Assembly: GCA_051294375.1 (NCBI GenBank)
Contig: CM119263.1
Span: forward strand, 26,390,758-26,454,757
DNA length: 64,000 nt
Reading direction: 5' to 3'
Source: Paraspadella gotoi
Lineage: Eukaryota > Animalia > Chaetognatha
In this document: positions 55,873 through 64,000 of the stretch, in pieces
Numbering within the stretch: position 1 is the stretch's first letter
Layout of the letters: the number at the start of each line of letters is the position of its first letter
Made by a program: the position numbers and the translations under genes
The notes under the pieces: generated by a model
What the model was told of the DNA's origin: nothing
The model's database searches: none
What the model saw: only the letters and a program-made list of their open reading frames with translations

Positions 55873-57458
55873 GTCTTTCTCTCTCGTTTCAATTTTGCGG
55901 TCACAATTTTTTTTCACCTTTTTTTGTTGTCGTTTAGAGATGCTCTTTTTTTCTGTTTCGTCTTGAGGGCGTGTCTATGGCGCCTTTCCTCAGGGCGAGC
56001 TTCGTTTGCACTTAAGATTCCCTCGCACGCTCTCTGCGATGTCGTCGCATCCTTCGTTGCGGACAACGCCGTGGACAAGGTCAAAGTCTGGCGTATGAAA
56101 GGTCATTAGATCGAACCCTGTCATTGCCACTTTTTCGTTCAAGTGAACAGGATCCAACAACGACAAAAACAACAACAAAAACAACAATAAAAACGAAAAG
56201 TAAAACTTCAAAAACAACAATAACTGCAACCATTAAAAATAAACCAAAAATTCGACAATAATAACAAAAACTTCAACGACAACAAAAACAAGCATCCACA
56301 ACGACGACGACGACGACGACGACGACTACCTGACTTTCGAAGAGAAGCGTCATAAAGAAAAAAAAAGGAAAAAAAGAGGCCGCGTCGAGGTTTAAATCTC
56401 AATCGGAATCCATCACAGACAATCGTGACCCGAGGCGAAGAATTTGCTTCCGCCAAACGAGAGGAGGGAGAGGAGGAGGAGCAGGAGGAGGAGGAAGAAG
56501 AAGAAGAGGAGGGACTGACTCGACAAAATTGATGATGGATTACCCTCGAAGAGAGAGAGAGAGAGAGAGGAGAGAAAGAGAGAGAGAGAGAGAAGAATTT
56601 GGTAGTAAAGAGAAGCGTCATTTGCCATTTCTTCGACCATCCATCTTTCTTTTTAACGAGGATGGAAGCGAAAGAACTCACTTTTTTTCCCTTTTTTTGC
56701 TTGTGATATGTTTGGTGAGGGGAGGGGTGAGGAGAAAGAGGGAGGAAGGAAGGAAAGAAAAGAAAAAAAAAACAGTGAGGGGCTAGGGAAAGGCTTCGCA
56801 GAAAGAGTCGGTGGGTAGCGTGGGAGGGAAAGTTTTTTTCCACGATTTTCGAACAAATGACTCGCGCGAGATCGTCTAGTTTGGGAAAAAAACGTGAAAG
56901 AAAACGATTTTTTAATACTATATTTTGTAATTAGCTATTGATTTTAATATTCCTTTTTTTAACTTTGTTGTATAGTTTTAACTTTTTTTTTCCCCTTTTT
57001 TGTTTAGTTAATTGTTCGGTTATTTTCATTATCTTTTTTCTAAGGTAATACAAAAAAAACTTCAATGACACAAAGAAATTTGAAATGAAAAAATGGTTAA
57101 AAAAATTGCTAAAATGTTTTTTCATACAAACAGACCGACGGACCGACCAAAAACCTTTCCTCATAAAGTCTCCACAGTCTCCCCTTTTTTTCGTCAGAAC
57201 GAGGGAGGCCGTACGTTATGGAAATTATCATTTTTTTTCATCCTCCCCTCCGCCCGTTCGGTTGCCACGCCCTCCTAAGTCCGAACCTCGAGCTTTCGTC
57301 TCTCTCTTCTCTCGAGCCTCGATCTCGCGATGAGCATAAAAGAGTCGACGGTAAACTGGCGATAATCGTCGTCGTCGTCGTCGTCGTCGTCGAGCAATGA
57401 ATAGATAAGCCAATTCCAAGGATAGACGCTTGAGATACTTTGATGCTTAGCCGATGAG

Positions 57459-57572
<114 letters not shown>

Positions 57573-58882
57573 ATTCTTTTTTCTCAATAAAATGAAAAAG
57601 AGTTATTCCTCGGAATGGAGATGAAATGAAAAATCTATGAGCGGCGAGGGGCCTGTTTTTCTTTGCCTCCATCTCTCTCTTTATAATTTCTCTTTTTCCT
57701 CTATCTTCCGCCCTGTACCGATCCTTATTCACGATCACATCTTAGCTCATTGTGACAGTAGTAATACTTTATTACAAATTTAGTGATCATTTTTCCATTC
57801 TCTTGACTTCATTTAACCATTGATAAATATAACTTCTGTCTTAACTCGCTTTGTCCCCTTTCCACTTTGTCTCCTAATCGACTAACGCGTCCGTCGATCC
57901 GTCTTCATCCTTTTTTCTTACCCCGTCGAACTCCTACCGCCATCACGCGGCATATTTATGCGACGTGGTCGGCGGCTAAAGCGTCACCGTCTCGCGTTGC
58001 CAAGCTACGGTTGCGAGAAGCTCCTTGCTATAGCGATGGAAGGCGACAAAACGGTGTTTGCTTGAAAGATGGAATGAGAGTCTTTACGTCGCTAAGCGAC
58101 GGAAGCTAGAAGCGCGTTGCCGAGGCGACGGTAACGACCCGTCGAACACCGCGTATGGGCCATTGGAGAAAGTCGGGAGAATAGAGTGCGATATAAATCT
58201 GAGAGAAAGGGTGGAGAAGAGAGGGACGATAGAAGAGTGGATGAAGAGAACTATTTTCCGAAAGTCTCATTTTTCTGTTCTTAGAATGTTCTTAATATAA
58301 ATTATTAATCTAAATCCTTCAATTATATCCACTGACCATAACCCCCTCATCCCTAAACTAAACAAAATCCGTTACCTAATCCCTAACCCTAATCTCTTAC
58401 CTAATCCCGATCCCTATTCCCTGACATAAATGTTAAACTTAAAATCTTATTTAATTTAATGATTATGAATTTAAGCTGAAAAAGAATGCTTTTAGAAAAT
58501 ATGGCCTAAAAGGAGTGGAGAGAAATTGATGGTAGTGGAGCAAAGAGATGGAGACTTGGAGAGGGCAAAAGGGAAAAGAGTTGGAATCGAGATCGATTGG
58601 GAGAGAGTGAGATGTGACAACGACGACCCCCGCGGGGGAAGAAGGGGAGGGGTTGAAGGAGATTAGTGGGGGAGGAATTTAGGTGTAAAAAGAAAGGAAA
58701 AGGAAAGAGAAGAAAAGGAAAGAGACGATAGTTTTACGTTGGAGGTGGAAAGAGGGGGAAGGAAATAGAGGAAAAAGAGAGGAAACCTTAAAGTTGATTG
58801 AAATTAAAGAAAATAAAAAACAAAGATGGTTTAAAGTAGAATTTGAAGGAAAGAGAAAAAGAAAATAGAGGAAAGAGAAAAG

Positions 58883-60030
58883 TTTAAAGGGGAATAAGGA
58901 AACGAGGAAAATAAAAGAGAGGAAATAGCAAATATGGTTTAAAGGGGAATAAGGAAATGATGAAAATAAAAGAGAGGAAATAGCAAATATGGTNNNNNNN
59001 NNNNNNNNNNNNNNNNNNNNNNNNNNNNNNNNNNNNNNNNNNNNNNNNNNNNNNNNNNNNNNNNNNNNNNNNNNNNNNNNNNNNNNNNNNNNNNNNNNNN
59101 NNNNNNNNNNNNNNNNNNNNNNNNNNNNNNNNNNNNNNNNNNNNNNNNNNNNNNNNNNNNNNNNNNNNNNNNNNNNNNNNNNNNNNNNNNNNNNNNNNNN
59201 NNNNNNNNNNNNNNNNNNNNNNNNNNNNNNNNNNNNNNNNNNNNNNNNNNNNNNNNNNNNNNNNNNNNNNNNNNNNNNNNNNNNNNNNNNNNNNNNNNNN
59301 NNNNNNNNNNNNNNNNNNNNNNNNNNNNNNNNNNNNNNNNNNNNNNNNNNNNNNNNNNNNNNNNNNNNNNNNNNNNNNNNNNNNNNNNNNNNNNNNNNNN
59401 NNNNNNNNNNNNNNNNNNNNNNNNNNNNNNNNNNNNNNNNNNNNNNNNNNNNNNNNNNNNNNNNNNNNNNNNNNNNNNNNNNNNNNNNNNNNNNNNNNNN
59501 NNNNNNNNNNNNNNNNNNNNNNNNNNNNNNNNNNNNNNNNNNNNNNNNNNNNNNNNNNNNNNNNNNNNNNNNNNNNNNNNNNNNNNNNNNNNNNNNNNNN
59601 NNNNNNNNNNNNNNNNNNNNNNNNNNNNNNNNNNNNNNNNNNNNNNNNNNNNNNNNNNNNNNNNNNNNNNNNNNNNNNNNNNNNNNNNNNNNNNNAGGTG
59701 TAAAGGGGGAATAAGAAATGGAAAGAAAATAAAAGAGAAGAAATAAGCAAGGATATGGTTAAGGGATGAGAAAATAAAAGAGAGGAAATAAGCAATATGG
59801 TTTAAAGGGGAATAAGGAAAATGATAAAATAAAAGAGAGGAAAATAGCAAATATGGTTGAAAGGGGAATAAAAATAGGAAATAAAAGCGAAGGAAATACA
59901 AATATGGTTTAAAGAGATAAGGAAACTGGTGCAAATAAAAAGAGGAAGTAGCAAAGATGGTTCTAAAGGGGAATAAGGAAACGAGGAAAAAATATGGAGA
60001 GGAAATAGGCAATATGGGTTTAAAGGGGGA
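58883..60030. repeat. ~55-bp purine-rich tandem repeat spanning an N-gap
   Basis: Unit atatggtttaaaggggaataaggaaatgatgaaaataaaagagaggaaatagcaa occurs on both sides of gap 58994-59695. Confidence 0.85.
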
Positions 60031-62182
60031 AATTTAGAAAAAATTAAAAAAAATAGAGGAAAAGGGAACTTGGAAAAAAGAACGGGAAAAAGAGAGGCTC
60101 GACGCTCGAGGGTTCGTTCATTCTCGCGCTTCACCTCTTTTCTCCCTTTTCCTTTTCTTCGCTAAGAGATTCAGCAGTTCCACACTTTCACGTGCTTCAC
60201 TTCGCGCCTCTTTTTCGCGCTTGATCTTCTACTGACTCACCTCACTTTAATCTTACCTCTTCTTCTAGAACAGAGTTTCTTCAAATTAGAGTTTAAAACT
60301 TCTTAACCAAATTCCCTGTTCTCAGTATTAAACTTCTTAATTTCATAGATCAAGCACCATTTCACTTTTTTTCTTCCTCATTTTTTAAGCTCTTCTAAAT
60401 GTCCAGCCGCTTGAGAATTACTGCTCTTCATCGAATTCCCAAAATATAAAACCTATAAAATATGAACTTGCCCGCCAGAGGCTCTCCACAAGAAACCCGA
60501 AGACGCCTTCTCAAACCCCACAAAATCCGCGCTCCTTCGGCAGAACCCGCTTTCAATTGTATCTAAATCGTCGTTATTTTTATCATAGTTTATAACAAAA
60601 ATAATAAACTCAAAATAAATGGAAAGATTCGAGGAATCGGAGATATACCGTCGCTCAAAAAGGCTTCCCCTTGGGGCACTCTACCTTAGGGGAAAAGATT
60701 TTTAATCATTTAGGGGTACCCCTAATGCAACATATGTAGGGGTAACCCCTTGTGAATAGATTTTTAACCTTTTCAGGGGCGCTCCCAATACTAGTTCATT
60801 TTGGGAAAAATAAAACTTACCCCCAATGGTAACCCCAGGAGGTAGAAAAAATCTTCCCCCTGGGATAAGAATAAACAGGTCAATTTTAAACAAAAAAAGC
60901 TAGGATTTTAAAATCTATCCTTTACTAAATCTTTTTTCCTTTCACTCTCTTTTTTTTTATTACTTTTATTATATTTATATATATATTTTTAAATCTAATC
61001 TAANNNNNNNNNNNNNNNNNNNNNNNNNNNNNNNNNNNNNNNNNNNNNNNNNNNNNNNNNNNNNNNNNNNNNNNNNNNNNNNNNNNNNNNNNNNNNNNNN
61101 NNNNNNNNNNNNNNNNNNNNNNNNNNNNNNNNNNNNNNNNNNNNNNNNNNNNNNNNNNNNNNNNNNNNAGTCTCAAAATCGGTTTCACGCGAGGGAAAAA
61201 AATCTTTTTCGGAGGAAACTAGTTCGGTGCCAACTTGGAAGAAAATGACTTGACGAAAAAGAGAGACAAACTGGAAGAGAAAAGGGAATAATGTCGTCAG
61301 TAGTAATATAGAATTTTTAATCATTTAATAAAACCTTTTCAAAAAAGATTATATTTCGATAGAAAATGATAAATTTTACCGTTTTAAAATAGCATTTAGA
61401 TTTTAATATCGTTTTTGATTCTCTAGTTCATCATTTACTTTTGCCACAAAGTTGTAGAGAGAGACAGAGAGAGGGAGAGAGAGAGAGAGAGAGAGNNNNN
61501 NNNNNNNNNNNNNNNNNNNNNNNNNNNNNNNNNNNNNNNNNNNNNNNNNNNNNNNNNNNNNNNNNNNNNNNNNNNNNNNNNNNNNNNNNNNNNNNNNNNN
61601 NNNNNNNNNNNNNNNNNNNNNNNNNNNNNNNNNNNNNNNNNNNNNNNNNNNNNNNNNNNNNNNNNNNNNNNNNNNNNNNNNNNNNNNNNNNNNNNNNNNN
61701 NNNNNNNNNNNNNNNNNNNNNNNNNNNNNNNNNNNNNNNNNNNNNNNNNNNNNNNNNNNNNNNNNNNNNNNNNNNNNNNNNNNNNNNNNNNNNNNNNNNN
61801 NNNNNNNNNNNNNNNNNNNNNNNNNNNNNNNNNNNNNNNNNNNNNNNNNNNNNNNNNNNNNNNNNNNNNNNNNNNNNNNNNNNNNNNNNNNNNNNNCAAA
61901 AAAATTTAAAATTTGTATTAATACCTTTATCTAACTTTTAAAGCTCTATCAGAATCCATTAAAAAAAATTGAAAAATTCAAAAAAATTTTAACTATATAT
62001 GTAATAAAATAATCTTTAAATGCTTCCGTGCGCTTATTAATAAGATATTTTTTAAAATTATTTTTATTTTCATATTCTACAGTCCTTTATCATTATTTAT
62101 TTGAGAGAACTTCTAGTTTTCACCTGTTCCGGCCTTATATATATATATATATATATATATAGAAGAGAGAGAGAGATGAGAG

Positions 62183-62265
<83 letters not shown>

Positions 62266-62386
62266 GAGACAAAAAGAAAAAGATGGAGACAGGCGTTGTT
62301 ACTATGGCAACGCGTGGGTCGCCATTGACGCGCCCTCGCGGACGGAATCGCAAATGCCAGAGAAATCTCATATGTCGGGAAAGAAT

Positions 62387-62443
<57 letters not shown>

Positions 62444-63504
62444 GAGAGAGAAGAGAGAGAAGAGAGAGAAGTTTTTGAAAATTAGTTTTCAATTGAAACT
62501 CGCTATCTTGCTGGACATAACCATAATAATGTAATGCTAAAAACTAAAAATTATTTGCTTTGGTGTTCACGTCTGTCACTCTTTCACTAGATATTGTGAA
62601 AGTCTCACGAGAAATCCCGTTGCGGTTGGTCACCTTTAAATCTCGTGATGCGATGGTTGTTTTGGTCTCGTTGCGTCAAAAAGTTCGGACGGTTTTCGGA
62701 CGGACCGACCCTCACTGTTTTCGGTTGATTTCTTTTTAACTTTAGTTATTCAATCTCTTCTATCCCACTTTCTCTTCACATATTAACAATATTTTAATTC
62801 ACGCATCCGCTTTGTCGCGTTTATCCCCATGTGATTCCGGCTCAGAATATTCACATCCTTACAATTCGCATGAGCCGTAACAAAAAAAAAAAATTGCCTC
62901 TAAAGGCTTTTCGCTATCGTTCTCTTCATTCGCTGCTTCATCCCCTCCTATCCTCAGTATCCCCACTAATCCCTTCCTCTGTCTCTTCCTCTCTCTCCAA
63001 TGACCCTTCCTCCCGATCTTTTTCCCTCATTTCCTCCCTTCTTCCTCCGTCTTCCTTCGTCTATCTTCCTCTCTTTTTCTCCCTGGTCTGACCCTCACTT
63101 CCCCTACCCCCCCTCCTTCCCTCTCCTCCCTTCCTCCCTCCCCTCCCTCTCTCTCCCCTCCCTCTCTCTCTTCGATCCCCCGTCGCTCCTTGAAAGATGT
63201 TTGTCCCGGCGGAGCGGACGTGAAGGAGCCGTTTGAATACAAATCATGGGGATTTGACAATTATGACGGGAATCGTAATGAGGAGAGGAGGAAAGGACAA
63301 GAGAAAGAAAAAAAAGTTAGAAAAAAAAGGGAGAAGAAAAGAAAAAAAGGGACTAATACCAAGAAAATCGGAAGGAAAGAGGCGTGGGGGGGAACACTGT
63401 GTCTCTCTCTCTCTCTCTTGTCCTCGAGATCCCTTTCCCCTTGGGGAGGATGGAGAGGGAGATACAAATCCGAAAATCGGGGGGGAAAAAAGGAAGAGAG
63501 AGAG

Positions 63505-63556
<52 letters not shown>

Positions 63557-63566
63557 AGAGAGAGAA

Positions 63567-63599
<33 letters not shown>

Positions 63600-64000
63600 G
63601 AGAGAGGGAATAAATAAAATCTTTTCATCGTCGTCGTCTTTTTAATTTCCCAAATCGTCGTTCGATTCCAGACGGATTCGACATTTGTGATTTAATTGTT
63701 TACGAGATGTCACTGGTAAGGTCGCGAGGGATGGCATCGGGGAAGGGCATCGCGGGACGGCATCGCGGGATGGAACCGCTGAATGAATTTTTTTTTGTTT
63801 CCCCATTTTTCCCAATCTCCCTCATTTCTGCTGCATCTATCACATCTACTCCTCTTTAACAGGTAAGTCCATTTTTTACTTCGCTAGTTTTTTTTCAACT
63901 TTGGTTTTTTTTCGTATTTCCGTTTCCTACAGAGAATTTCCGGTTCTCATACGGATCCCAAACTAATGAATTCTGGAATTGTTTTTATATCTGTTCGAGG

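Overview
Eukaryotic, probably invertebrate, draft-assembly DNA: AT-rich, with dense (GA)n/(CT)n microsatellites, GT-AG spliceosomal introns, many N-gaps and indel-rich unpolished stretches. It is not prokaryotic, and most ORF-track entries are microsatellite, antisense or gap artefacts. The main biology is a head-to-tail pair of minus-strand multi-exon genes that I reconstructed by hand from splice sites and intron phases: gene A (18539->10979, ~1038 aa) and gene B (27508->21956 or ->19014, ~1263 or ~1932 aa). Both encode predicted type II membrane proteins with a shared cytosolic E-x-x-P-L-V-Q-K acidic-dileucine-like motif, an NQG plus acidic stretch, one transmembrane helix followed by D-x-x-E-[IV]-D-K, and very large charged low-complexity ectodomains (K/E, Q, Ala/Gly, mucin-like Thr, two RGDs). 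I recognise no known family. Positions 1-12312 are one giant inverted duplication, probably a fold-back or chimeric-read artefact. Also present: a TTAA-flanked Kolobok-like DNA element carrying two tRNA-SINEs, a MITE, a degenerate BEL/Pao LTR retrotransposon lacking its RT core, a foldback element, several minisatellites and gap-flanking duplications.
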